From sequence record PZ445447.1: DNA of 64,000 bases; one strand, given 5' to 3'. The first letter of the stretch is position 1; each line of letters begins with the position of its first letter. The position numbers and the translations under genes were made by a program. Shown here piece by piece: positions 28,018 through 36,979 of this stretch. This DNA comes from a phage. The notes beneath the pieces are model-generated. The model ran no database searches. It saw nothing but the letters and a program-made list of their open reading frames with translations, and was not told the origin of the DNA.

Positions 28018-28301
28018 CGGTCTCCATCAGGTGGTTGTGGGACGTAAACACTGTTACGAATATCGTCAGCAGTGTAGTAATAAGTGGTTCCAACCCTGTC
28101 TCGGGCTGCAATGTACTCTGCTATACCAATAAGTGCCATTGATTTGGTGGCGTATCTTCCCCACTCGTTAGCTCCCCAGTAGAATTTAGACCAGTAAGGA
28201 ATAAGACCGAACAAATATACCTTTTGACGAACTTCCCAGTAAGTGCCTTTTCCGACAAGTTTAAACTCGACTTCACTACTGTTAATCTTTTTCATTATCA
28301 A
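28014..28301 (-). CDS. hypothetical protein
   Basis: 95 aa, aromatic-rich. Confidence 0.5.
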   Translation of the reverse strand: MIMKKINSSEVEFKLVGKGTYWEVRQKVYLFGLIPYWSKFYWGANEWGRYATKSMALIGIAEYIAARDRVGTTYYYTADDIRNSVYVPQPPDGDR

Positions 28302-28382
28302 TCTCCCTCTACCGTGGTAGGATTGTCAGTAAGAAATTGAGCATTGGCTGGAGGCACGTTTTTACATATTTAACAAACATCG

Positions 28383-28586
28383 TCACCCCTCATCGCACGT
28401 CTGATATAGCCACTCTATAAAATCTTGATACCATTCGCCCTCTGAGCGCTCCGTAGGCCAATAATCTTCACCCTCTCGTGCATTAAAATCTGAGTATTCA
28501 ACTTTCCACTCCTTTACCAGCTCGTGGAGAAGGTTTTCAGCCTGCTCTAAAGATTTATTTTTTACCATTGCTGTCTCCTTTTTCAA
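28383..28586 (-). CDS. hypothetical protein
   Basis: probable start at internal ATG (MVKNKSL) after aaaaaggagacagca RBS. Confidence 0.45.
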   Translation of the reverse strand: MKKETAMVKNKSLEQAENLLHELVKEWKVEYSDFNAREGEDYWPTERSEGEWYQDFIEWLYQTCDEG

Positions 28587-28787
28587 GATAGTTATACATC
28601 AGAACTGCACCACCTAAGATGGCTACCAGTAACAATACCCCAGATAGCATCTCAATAAACATGGCTTGAAACACTGGAAGGCCTCCCTAAATTAACGCAC
28701 CATTTTAAATACATGCTCTTTTCCCATAAAGGTGCCTGGCTAAGATCTGCGTAGAACGCAATCTCTTTAAGAACAGTATAAACAGTT

Positions 28788-29024
28788 TTAGGTGCGGTCT
28801 CCATCCCTACCCTCCTTTTTCTCCTTACGGATATTCTTGTAGTAATCAACCAGGCACATTATCACGATGAAGATAACAACAGGCCAAAAAGGTGCAGCAG
28901 TGATGATGGTGATAAAATCATCAAACTTCACCCTTCGTCTGGACACGATGCATACACCTGTCAAGAATACCGCTGTTATAACGGACATTACCAGGTAACC
29001 TATTAGCACAACATTTATACTCAT
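28788..29024 (-). CDS. small membrane protein (two TM helices)
   Basis: two hydrophobic helices then basic tail; holin-like topology, unproven. Confidence 0.5.
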   Translation of the reverse strand: MSINVVLIGYLVMSVITAVFLTGVCIVSRRRVKFDDFITIITAAPFWPVVIFIVIMCLVDYYKNIRKEKKEGRDGDRT

Positions 29025-29054
29025 TGGTCCTCCCTTTGTAGGTTAAACTGTATA

Positions 29055-29588
29055 CTACAAATGGCAACTGAGGGTGTCAAGAAAATTATCCCGTTCTTTC
29101 TCAGAGTTTTCATGGGTGTAGCTGAAAAACATATCGAGAATAACCTTATTGATATATTCCAGCTCCTCTGTGTTCAGATGCTTAGCAGGATCTACAATGA
29201 CATCCCAAATATCATACAGACCACACTCATGATACCCATAACGCCACTCAATTGTCAAGCTGAGCGGCAAATCTTTACCGTCACAAACAACCTTCCATCT
29301 ACATATGTTGGTATCTGGTCGTATCTGTGCACGGTACACCTGTACAAAATCCAATTTGAATTTGAGGTACTCGTCATACAATTTAAGCACAAAGCTCTCG
29401 ATTTGTGGAGACACTTTTGCAGCAAACTGTGCGTATTTGTACTTGCACTGGATGATCTTTCTGCGTTTTGCAGTTAAATTTTTTGCCGCCAGTTGTTCTT
29501 CAGTGTATCTCCACCTACGATCAACAAACGCAACAGGGTCTTTGTCCCCATAGAGGTCTTCCCAGTTAATCAGAAGCATACCTGTCAC
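29055..29588 (-). CDS. hypothetical protein
   Basis: 177 aa; no motif recognised. Confidence 0.55.
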   Translation of the reverse strand: MTGMLLINWEDLYGDKDPVAFVDRRWRYTEEQLAAKNLTAKRRKIIQCKYKYAQFAAKVSPQIESFVLKLYDEYLKFKLDFVQVYRAQIRPDTNICRWKVVCDGKDLPLSLTIEWRYGYHECGLYDIWDVIVDPAKHLNTEELEYINKVILDMFFSYTHENSEKERDNFLDTLSCHL

Positions 29589-29818
29589 TCCTCCACAACT
29601 TCAAGGCCTTTACCGCCTCGCTCTGGCAGATTACTTAAAGATAGGTAATACATATAATCAGGAGAGATCCTGCCAGACTCTGCACCTGCAGCTAGTAAAT
29701 CCTTCCCTTTAACCAGGACAACATTCTCGTTTGCAGATAGCCGTTTTGCTTCCACAATTTTACCAACACAGTCAACCAAGGAAGGGTACCCTAAATCTGT
29801 AAGAAATTTAACTTTCAT
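29585..29818 (-). CDS. small paralog-family protein
   Basis: MKVKFLTDL...VLVKGKDLLAAGAE...GLEVVEE. Confidence 0.55.
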   Translation of the reverse strand: MKVKFLTDLGYPSLVDCVGKIVEAKRLSANENVVLVKGKDLLAAGAESGRISPDYMYYLSLSNLPERGGKGLEVVEE

Positions 29819-29857
29819 GCTACCTCCTGCTTCTACCGTCCCCGGTAAGATAAATTA

Positions 29858-30256
29858 TTACTGAACAGAGCGCGGAGCTGGGAAGGATAACTCTTCTAAA
29901 GAGAAGATTTCATTCCCCACAATCCATGTTGCAGGATCATCTGGGTTGACTGGATAGATAATCATCACCTCGTCAGTGTTACATACCCGCTTTTTACCTG
30001 TGGAGTCATCAGCAACCAGCATGCGCGGTTCTTCAGAAATGCACAGGTAGCCTCCTCGGCCCACTGTTCCTTCCACAGGATCTTGTCCTTTGATCACGAT
30101 GATTATCTTCTCTCCTGAGGTGATATTACCTTGCACACTCACCGTTTGACCAACTTTAGATGTGCCGAACTTGGTGGTTTCAAACATTAAATCTCGAATT
30201 ACTGTTGCATAGTCTCCAGACACTTTCTTACCTTCTTTAGTGATCTCAATCTTCAT
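29858..30256 (-). CDS. hypothetical protein
   Basis: 132 aa, MKIEIT start. Confidence 0.55.
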   Translation of the reverse strand: MKIEITKEGKKVSGDYATVIRDLMFETTKFGTSKVGQTVSVQGNITSGEKIIIVIKGQDPVEGTVGRGGYLCISEEPRMLVADDSTGKKRVCNTDEVMIIYPVNPDDPATWIVGNEIFSLEELSFPAPRSVQ

Positions 30257-30519
30257 ACACTGGGCTCCTTAAATGAATCTATGTAATCAATTAAATCCCA
30301 AGCATCCCTATGACCTGTCAGAGGGTATACTTCTCCAAGAGGGATCATAGCAATAAGTCTATCAAAAACCCAAGCTGGACGCAACATTTTATGGTGATAC
30401 TCCCACTCACCCTCTACAGATTTTTTCTGAGTAATCAGGATCTCTGTGTAGTGTTTCGCCTGTCTTGAGTAAATTGAAAATGACTTGTACATAAATGACC
30501 CCCTTGTTGATAACAACAA
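30253..30519 (-). CDS. hypothetical protein
   Basis: 88 aa; start uncertain. Confidence 0.45.
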   Translation of the reverse strand: MLLSTRGSFMYKSFSIYSRQAKHYTEILITQKKSVEGEWEYHHKMLRPAWVFDRLIAMIPLGEVYPLTGHRDAWDLIDYIDSFKEPSV

Positions 30520-30526
30520 TACACAA

Positions 30527-30880
30527 CTACCAGGTTACTGTCAAGTAGGCAACCGTGTTATTTTTCTCTGGAGAGATGCCAACAACATCTACCTGCAGAC
30601 CTCCTGCCCTCAAATCCCCAACAATATGCGGGAAGTAATCTGAGAGATGTGAGGGTAGATTTATCGAAAATCCGCATCCCAGAAAGCCTGCTAACGCTTT
30701 ATTTTGTATCTCCCCTACAATCGCATCATAAATGGAGTTAAGCTCGTCAGGGAGCGTTACAGGACGTTTTAGCGCTAACTGGTGCAACTTGTCCTTAGCA
30801 CTCATTTTCATTTCAAATCTGCCTCTGGTGGTGCCAACCACATAAATGGCGGCAAGTCTAGACGGTTTTTCTTGTCCCAT
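30527..30880 (-). CDS. hypothetical protein
   Basis: overlaps 3' end of upstream methyltransferase; real start probably the internal MKMSAKDK. Confidence 0.4.
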   Translation of the reverse strand: MGQEKPSRLAAIYVVGTTRGRFEMKMSAKDKLHQLALKRPVTLPDELNSIYDAIVGEIQNKALAGFLGCGFSINLPSHLSDYFPHIVGDLRAGGLQVDVVGISPEKNNTVAYLTVTW

Positions 30881-31341
30881 ACAAAATATGCATATGCCTG
30901 ACCATCCGTTCTACCATTGGATTGGAATGACGGGCGCTTAGATATTGTGATCACAGTGGTAGGTGCATTATCAAGCCACCATTCAAATCTGGCCTTGCTT
31001 TCCAGAAAATTAAGACGCAAAAGCATAATAACTACGTCGGCATCTTTCAACGCCTTGTCTACAAACTCACGAGCCAGACTGTATGGTGGGTTGGTGATAA
31101 TACAGTCAACATGGTTGTATTCTGTATTCAGATAGTCAACACCTTCTTGGATTTCTCCCCATGCAGATCCTAACGGCATACGGGAGTAGAACACACCTGA
31201 GGCACTATTCCTGCAAGGCTCTAAGTAGGTCCAGTCTTCTGGGAACGGAATAAGGTCATACAGCCCTTCTGCACACCACTCCGGTGTTACATACTCATCG
31301 TAGGCGTTACGTTGTTCATCAGGTTTTCTAGCACAAGTCAT
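30808..31341 (-). CDS. DNA methyltransferase (NPPY motif, amino-MTase type)
   Basis: catalytic motif IV DCIITNPPYS; small single-domain MTase. Confidence 0.7.
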   Translation of the reverse strand: MTCARKPDEQRNAYDEYVTPEWCAEGLYDLIPFPEDWTYLEPCRNSASGVFYSRMPLGSAWGEIQEGVDYLNTEYNHVDCIITNPPYSLAREFVDKALKDADVVIMLLRLNFLESKARFEWWLDNAPTTVITISKRPSFQSNGRTDGQAYAYFVWDKKNRLDLPPFMWLAPPEADLK

Positions 31342-31354
31342 GCAAATCTCCAGA

Positions 31355-31385
31355 TCATAAAAGCCCTCCGAAGAGGGCTTTAGAA
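31355..31385 (-). terminator. putative terminator/attenuator
   Basis: minus-strand hairpin aaagccctc-ttcg-gagggcttt followed by tatgatc. Confidence 0.45.
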
Positions 31386-31392
31386 TTAATGT

Positions 31393-32442
31393 TTAAGCTT
31401 CTTCGACAATTCCTGCACCCAGGATTTTTTCATTGAGCTCTTTTGCTGTTTTAATAATATTGTCCACCAGACGCTTGCGCGTCTTATCTTTCACCTTAAC
31501 CTCTTCACCGCCGTTCAGAGTAGTCTTCAATTGAGACAGAATATCCTGAAGTTCAACGACAGAGAATCTCTGCAGATCTTCTGAAGTAATCTCACTCAGG
31601 GCAATTCTGACAGTCTCGCCACTTTCCATCTGCAGATTCAGGAACACAGTGTGAACATCACCTTTCGAACCACCCGCTTTTGCAGATTCAACAGCATGAA
31701 CTAACTCATCTAAAGATGTGCACTGGTGAATCTCCGGAAGACCTGCTTCACCTAACACGCCTTCTTCATCACCTTTTGCCAAAAGCTTTTTCGGTTTTTG
31801 TCCGTTCTGGATGCGTTGTATGTTGCCTTCATCCAGAATAATAGCTCCAGTGCGTGCTGCCAGCTCTTCTCCGTCCAACCACACTTCGCCACCAGCTGTG
31901 ATGGATGCGATCTCATCTTCTGTCAGCACCCCACCGTAGTATTTTTCGATCAGGCGTTCAAAACGTTTTTTCCAGTAGCTGACCTGAGTATTCATGTTCA
32001 CACCGTTACCATAAGTGCCACCTTGATAGTAGTGGAACATAAACTCTGTGTCCGGAGCCACAGTACGTTCTTTACAACCAAGCCATAAGATTGTTCCAGC
32101 AGAGCAGCACATCCCTTCAGCATGTGCAACAACGCTTGCCTGAGACTCGCGGAATGCCTGCAGATAAGCCATTGCAATGTGCACGCAACCCCCAGGACTA
32201 TTGATGATCACCCGAATGCTTTCTTCCGGCTGAGCCATACGGATCGTCTGCAGACGAGACATATGATCTTGTAAGTCTTCCAAATCGTCGATATAAAGAA
32301 CGTGGTCAACAACAGGTGTTGGGTAGCTGTATGTTTCCATAATACCACCCGGCATACCAAACATTTTATTACTCATAGGTTCGAAACCGTTCTGTTTTTC
32401 TTTCATGCCGTGTACCATGGTGCTGCGAGGTGTTAAATTCAT
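31393..32442 (-). CDS. ClpP-like serine protease with C-terminal extension
   Basis: INSPGG and GMCCSAG (Ser nucleophile context) plus FMFHYY (His) resemble the ClpP/S14 catalytic triad region; about 150-aa acidic C-terminal extension. Confidence 0.6.
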   Translation of the reverse strand: MNLTPRSTMVHGMKEKQNGFEPMSNKMFGMPGGIMETYSYPTPVVDHVLYIDDLEDLQDHMSRLQTIRMAQPEESIRVIINSPGGCVHIAMAYLQAFRESQASVVAHAEGMCCSAGTILWLGCKERTVAPDTEFMFHYYQGGTYGNGVNMNTQVSYWKKRFERLIEKYYGGVLTEDEIASITAGGEVWLDGEELAARTGAIILDEGNIQRIQNGQKPKKLLAKGDEEGVLGEAGLPEIHQCTSLDELVHAVESAKAGGSKGDVHTVFLNLQMESGETVRIALSEITSEDLQRFSVVELQDILSQLKTTLNGGEEVKVKDKTRKRLVDNIIKTAKELNEKILGAGIVEEA

Positions 32443-32502
32443 GAGAAATCCTTAATATTGGAAGTTGAAAGCTATTTATTTAAACCTGATTCACATTTAC
32501 CT

Positions 32503-32814
32503 TTATTTAGCAATCACTAGGGAATACTTACGATTGTCAGAAGCATCACAGCTCAATGATTGCCAGTCTACCACATACCACGTATCATTGTCAACAATTA
32601 CTTTATCGCCTGTTCTGTAGCAGGTGCTGCTTTCAATAATCCGAGACTCGATAAAGAATCTGTGTCGGCGCTCACGTAGCAACGCTAAGTTGATTATATT
32701 ACCACCACTGTCCTTGATCCACACATTCTTGGATCCTTTATTTGCCAAAATTGTCTCGCCGTTATAGACAAACAGGCAGTATATTTTATTCAGTCTCTCT
32801 TGTATTGTAGCCAT
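32503..32814 (-). CDS. hypothetical protein
   Basis: 103 aa; no motif recognised. Confidence 0.5.
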   Translation of the reverse strand: MATIQERLNKIYCLFVYNGETILANKGSKNVWIKDSGGNIINLALLRERRHRFFIESRIIESSTCYRTGDKVIVDNDTWYVVDWQSLSCDASDNRKYSLVIAK

Positions 32815-32917
32815 ACTATCTCCTTCTACTTGTCTTGTCCGATAATAATATCTAAATCTTACCTGTTTGTCAACAACTGTTTTAGATATTTAAGGGTGGA
32901 ATAACCACCCTTCTGTA

Positions 32918-33706
32918 TTACTCGGAAACAGGGGTCCAAATATGATTTGCACGATCCTCGATAAGATTGAGTGCAATCTGACGACCCAACCCGGAACGAA
33001 CGACATCATCTGGACTATCAAAGCTGATCATTCCAACCTCAGGATCTGGATGGCGAGTAAAGAAATCCGTCACCCATGCAAGGCCAGATTTACCAGGGAT
33101 GTCACGTTGGCTATTATCACCCATAATTACAAGGGTGGCTTGATCAGAGATCCTTGTGATAATTGACAACATTTCTTCAGGGTTAGTTTGCTGTGCCTCG
33201 TCAATCAGGACAAAGCATCGCTCATCGAAACTACGACCACGAATGCTTTCAACTTCACAAATCTCGATACGACTGTTCTGACCGTCTCCCAGCATTGCGG
33301 CAAAAGCACCTTTGCCAACACGGAGACAAATCGTGTCCATCATGCTTCGAAGATAGGGCCACAGTTTCTGCATTGCATTTCCAGGTTTAAATCCTGAAGT
33401 CTTTCCTGTCTGAACGTAAGGGCGTGCAACAATGATCTTATCAATCTCGTTCTTACGCAGAAGATCACCTGCATATGCAGATGCCATGAACGTCTTACCA
33501 GACCCAAACACACCGTTTACAATAATAATCTTACGTGACCCTAGATAATCAAGATACTTTTGCTGCTTCTTGTTCATTGGTCGGAGAGCTGGAGCGGTGT
33601 GCTCTCTTTCGTCAGCAAATTTCTCAGCAGCCTTACGCAGGCGATCAGATTTTCTAGCCTCTCTAGCTTCATCACGCATGCGTTTTGTTTCTTTAGCTCG
33701 ACCCAT
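32918..33706 (-). CDS. phoH: PhoH-like ATPase
   Basis: Walker A GVFGSGKT, Walker B-like FVLIDEAQQ, typical PhoH length. Confidence 0.8.
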   Translation of the reverse strand: MGRAKETKRMRDEAREARKSDRLRKAAEKFADEREHTAPALRPMNKKQQKYLDYLGSRKIIIVNGVFGSGKTFMASAYAGDLLRKNEIDKIIVARPYVQTGKTSGFKPGNAMQKLWPYLRSMMDTICLRVGKGAFAAMLGDGQNSRIEICEVESIRGRSFDERCFVLIDEAQQTNPEEMLSIITRISDQATLVIMGDNSQRDIPGKSGLAWVTDFFTRHPDPEVGMISFDSPDDVVRSGLGRQIALNLIEDRANHIWTPVSE

Positions 33707-33744
33707 GTTGGGACTCCTTTCAGATTGAGATGTGCCAAGTACTT

Positions 33745-34095
33745 TTACTGCAACAGTTTTTCAATAGCCGCTTCCATGCTGCTTGCAACAGCCTGAACTC
33801 GGATATTCATCTCTTCTTGGTGGATCAGCTCCTTAAGCTCTTTAATGGTAAATTCTTTAGAGAAACCTTCCACCATAATCTTGTGTAAGGCTTCTTGCGT
33901 GTCTACTTGCAAGAACTTTTCCAGTTTGTTGGCAGAGGCTTCTAAATCAGCCCGAATGCGAGGGTCATCTGTGCGATTCAGCATTAGGCGTAAGCCATCA
34001 AGATTAGTAGAAATAGCGTCTGCATGTTGAGTAACTAACCGTGGCAAAATGAGATCTACAAACTTATTAGCCAAATCGATACGTTCTTGTGTCAC
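33745..34095 (-). CDS. hypothetical protein
   Basis: 116 aa helical ORF; start likely GTG overlapping the upstream stop. Confidence 0.5.
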   Translation of the reverse strand: MTQERIDLANKFVDLILPRLVTQHADAISTNLDGLRLMLNRTDDPRIRADLEASANKLEKFLQVDTQEALHKIMVEGFSKEFTIKELKELIHQEEMNIRVQAVASSMEAAIEKLLQ

Positions 34096-34206
34096 TGTTG
34101 CACCCCCTCTTCATCCTCATGATGTTTCTTTTCACGCTTGTGTTTTTTCTTGAGCTCAAGCGCAATTTCTTTTTTGTACGCCTTCTTCAAGGCTTTTTTA
34201 GCCATT
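34096..34206 (-). CDS. small Lys-rich protein (37 aa)
   Basis: ATG 34206 after GGAGG RBS (gcagaggaggtgccaa); MAKKALKKAYKKEIALELKKKHKREKK...; below track cutoff. Confidence 0.3.
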
Positions 34207-34269
34207 TGGCACCTCCTCTGCTTTCATTTTACGATAATTATACCTATCTGAACAAAGCTTTGTCAACAG

Positions 34270-34743
34270 CTAGTCTACCTGGACCCAACCGCCTGATACT
34301 TTTTTAAACATTCTTTGGTTATCGCTGCCTCGGAACGGTTTCTTGGTTGGTAAATCTTTTACATACTTACCGTCAATGATGATATCAGCCAGTTTAAGAA
34401 CATCACTAGAGATATGGTCAAATGTGAACCCAGTATATACAAGAATAGTTTTCTTGTCACCAAATTTTTCCTTAATTTTCTCCATCAGGCTAATAATATC
34501 TGGCTCATTATAGTATGCTAAGGGTTCTCCACCCAGCAGAGAGATACCGCACACAGACGGGTTATCTAAATCTGACAAGATTTTTTGCAAGTCTTCTTCA
34601 GTAAACTCTCTCCCCTTATCTTTTGACCAAAATGCCTGATTAAAGCAACCAGGGCAAGCGTGTGGGCACCCAGATACCCATAAGGCAGTTCTAATACCTG
34701 GCCCTTCGGTGTAAGATATTTCTGTGTATCCGGCAATATTCAT
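34270..34743 (-). CDS. nrdG: anaerobic ribonucleotide reductase activating protein (radical SAM)
   Basis: CPHACPGC radical-SAM-type cysteine cluster near N-terminus; 157 aa; directly downstream of nrdD. Confidence 0.8.
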   Translation of the reverse strand: MNIAGYTEISYTEGPGIRTALWVSGCPHACPGCFNQAFWSKDKGREFTEEDLQKILSDLDNPSVCGISLLGGEPLAYYNEPDIISLMEKIKEKFGDKKTILVYTGFTFDHISSDVLKLADIIIDGKYVKDLPTKKPFRGSDNQRMFKKVSGGWVQVD

Positions 34744-34856
34744 AGATACTCCGCATCACATTTAGGGCAATGCCAAATAAAATCGTCCAGTGCCTTGCAC
34801 CAACGAAGATTGCAACGACAACCACACTTGCAAATTTTATAAATACCTGTAGACAT
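34740..34856 (-). CDS. small zinc-ribbon protein (38 aa)
   Basis: ATG after GGAGG RBS (gctaggaggtacagt); MSTGIYKICKCGCRCNLRWCKALDDFIWHCPKCDAEYL; stop overlaps the nrdG start (ATGA). Confidence 0.4.
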   Translation of the reverse strand: MSTGIYKICKCGCRCNLRWCKALDDFIWHCPKCDAEYL

Positions 34857-34919
34857 ACTGTACCTCCTAGCTCACTGTATGTCAATAATATGCCACATCC
34901 TTGTGGCTTTTGTCAAGTA

Positions 34920-36128
34920 TCAGCAACCACAACTTCCGTAGTGCTTAACCCGTTCTATAACTTCCGCTTGCTTACCTTTATTGTAAGGACGGGAGTTTGG
35001 ACTAGACAGGTACCCGGATACACGTCTGATCACACTGATCGTTCCCTCTTCATGGTTTCCACACTCTGGGCATACGAATCCCTTAGCTGTTGCACTGAAC
35101 TCACCAGAGAAACCACACTTAAGACATTTATCCACAGGCTGGTTGATACCAAAATACATAATGTGTTTATATCCGAAATCAACAAGAGCTTCCAAAGCAT
35201 CTAAGTTGTTTTTCAGATTTGGTGTCTCTACGTATCCGATGTTGCCACCAGAGGATATCATAGCAAAACCTTCTTCATACTCCCACTTATCAAAAGGAGA
35301 GCTATTGATCCATACTGGCTGATGGAAACTGTTGGTGAGATATTCATGCTCGTGCTTCAACACTTCAGGATATTCACGATCCAGACAGGTTGCAGCTTTA
35401 TAGCATAGACTCTCAGAAGGGGTGCCGTACAAACTAAACGCTAGTCTACTTTTCTTCTTGTATCGCTCACAAGCATCTCTCATGTGCTGAAGTATTCCAA
35501 GAGCTAAAGCCTTGTCACCCTCTCTGCCCAAAATCTGACAGGTTTCATACACACCAATATACCCAATACTGATGGAAGCGTACCCGTCATAGAAGAGTTT
35601 ATCAATACTCTCTTCAGGATCCAGGCGAGCAAGAGCGCCTTCACACCACATGATAGGGTTCTGCCCTGCCTTAGTGCCTTTCAGACGGTTAACCCTTACA
35701 AGGTGAGCTTCATATGCCAAATCCAGATACTCGTCAAGAACGGAAAAGAAATCAACACCTTCCGTCTTAGCTTTTGCCGCAATCATTGGCAGGTTAAGAC
35801 TAACAACACCCAAGTTGAATCTGCCGAGGTATTTCTCCTCACCTGTTTCCAAGTCATTGTATTTGCTAAGAAAACTCCGGCAACCCATGCTCGTTACTTT
35901 ACCATCTGTCGAGCCTGTCACTTTACGATTTAGTGGAACAGAAACAAAGTCAGGATAAATCCGCTCTGCAGAGCATTCCAGAGCTAATCGTTTCAAATCA
36001 TAGTTAGGATCTCCAGGGTTCATGTTGACACCCTCTTCTAGGAAGAACAACACTTTAGGGAACACAGGTGTGATACGTTCTTCACCAAGACCCATTTTGT
36101 GGACTTTCAAGTAGTTTTTGGTAATCAT
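34920..36128 (-). CDS. nrdD: anaerobic ribonucleoside-triphosphate reductase, C-terminal part (exon 2 or split-gene half)
   Basis: C-terminal zinc ribbon CLKCG...CPECG followed by the glycyl-radical motif RRVSGYL; N-terminal boundary depends on the intron 3' splice site. Confidence 0.8.
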   Translation of the reverse strand: MITKNYLKVHKMGLGEERITPVFPKVLFFLEEGVNMNPGDPNYDLKRLALECSAERIYPDFVSVPLNRKVTGSTDGKVTSMGCRSFLSKYNDLETGEEKYLGRFNLGVVSLNLPMIAAKAKTEGVDFFSVLDEYLDLAYEAHLVRVNRLKGTKAGQNPIMWCEGALARLDPEESIDKLFYDGYASISIGYIGVYETCQILGREGDKALALGILQHMRDACERYKKKSRLAFSLYGTPSESLCYKAATCLDREYPEVLKHEHEYLTNSFHQPVWINSSPFDKWEYEEGFAMISSGGNIGYVETPNLKNNLDALEALVDFGYKHIMYFGINQPVDKCLKCGFSGEFSATAKGFVCPECGNHEEGTISVIRRVSGYLSSPNSRPYNKGKQAEVIERVKHYGSCGC

Positions 36129-36979
36129 TCTACCAAAGACTGAGGTGTCCAGACCTAAACTTAATGTGATGAATGGAGTCTGCTGTCTCCTCCCTGTGTT
36201 TCCACAGGGCCAGACTATCTCTTACTCTACTTCAATAAGATAATAACCCTTTATTGTGAGATGCTTACCTTCGGCATTTCCTTCGATAGCCCTATGAACG
36301 TTACCTACGTTCAAATTTAAGGCTTTTGCACAGGCATAGAGTGAAGGATATTCACCCACCAAGGTTTTACCTTTGTATGCCTGCACTTTCCTATAGCACT
36401 TACCTGGACAAAGTCCTGTTCGGAAAGCATGTCTCTTATTATCTTCCGGCAAAACCCACTCTAGGTTAGACGGATGATCATTCAATGTATTGCCATCTTT
36501 ATGATTCACTTCCCAGTTTTCAGGGTCTACTGGGACATCTGGCAAACAATACAAGGCAACAACCCTTGAGGTTTGGATTCGAATCTTTTTGCCTTTGTGG
36601 TTGAAAGAGTACATATAACGGCGTTTAACATGCTTGTTACCTTTTCCATAACCTCCCCACAATATTGGGTGCAGCATTCCACGTTTTCCGTATACGTTTC
36701 CAACCTCATCAATCACATAGTTTGATTCTTCACCATTAAGAATGATCTTTTTCATAGAGCCTCTCCATTTCGAAGTTAGCATTTCAACTAACCCCTACAC
36801 TACTTGGTTCAGAAATGTTTGTCAAGCATCTCTGCCTTTCGTTAGTCGTTACAACCGTTCCAACTCCTGTAAGAACTAGTCACGGGATTGGCATAGCTTT
36901 CGCCTTAGCGTTCCCCGTTAGCCGGATTTACCGACCCCTCTTATGAGGTTAGGAGAGTTTTACAACGGCCAGTTTGTTA
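36129..36979 (-). mobile_element. putative group I intron carrying a homing endonuclease gene, inserted in nrdD
   Basis: upstream reading frame stops immediately after ...NG (ggt|taa); exon end caacggU can pair with gccgttG 10 nt downstream (P1 with U.G at the splice site); GNRA-capped hairpin ccctgtg-gaaa-cacaggg near the 3' end; HNH ORF inside. Confidence 0.5.
36222..36782 (-). CDS. HNH homing endonuclease (intron-encoded)
   Basis: motif NHKDGNTLNDHPSNLEWV...EDN typical of phage HNH endonucleases; probable start at internal ATG (MKKIILNG) after ggagagg RBS. Confidence 0.7.
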   Translation of the reverse strand: MLTSKWRGSMKKIILNGEESNYVIDEVGNVYGKRGMLHPILWGGYGKGNKHVKRRYMYSFNHKGKKIRIQTSRVVALYCLPDVPVDPENWEVNHKDGNTLNDHPSNLEWVLPEDNKRHAFRTGLCPGKCYRKVQAYKGKTLVGEYPSLYACAKALNLNVGNVHRAIEGNAEGKHLTIKGYYLIEVE

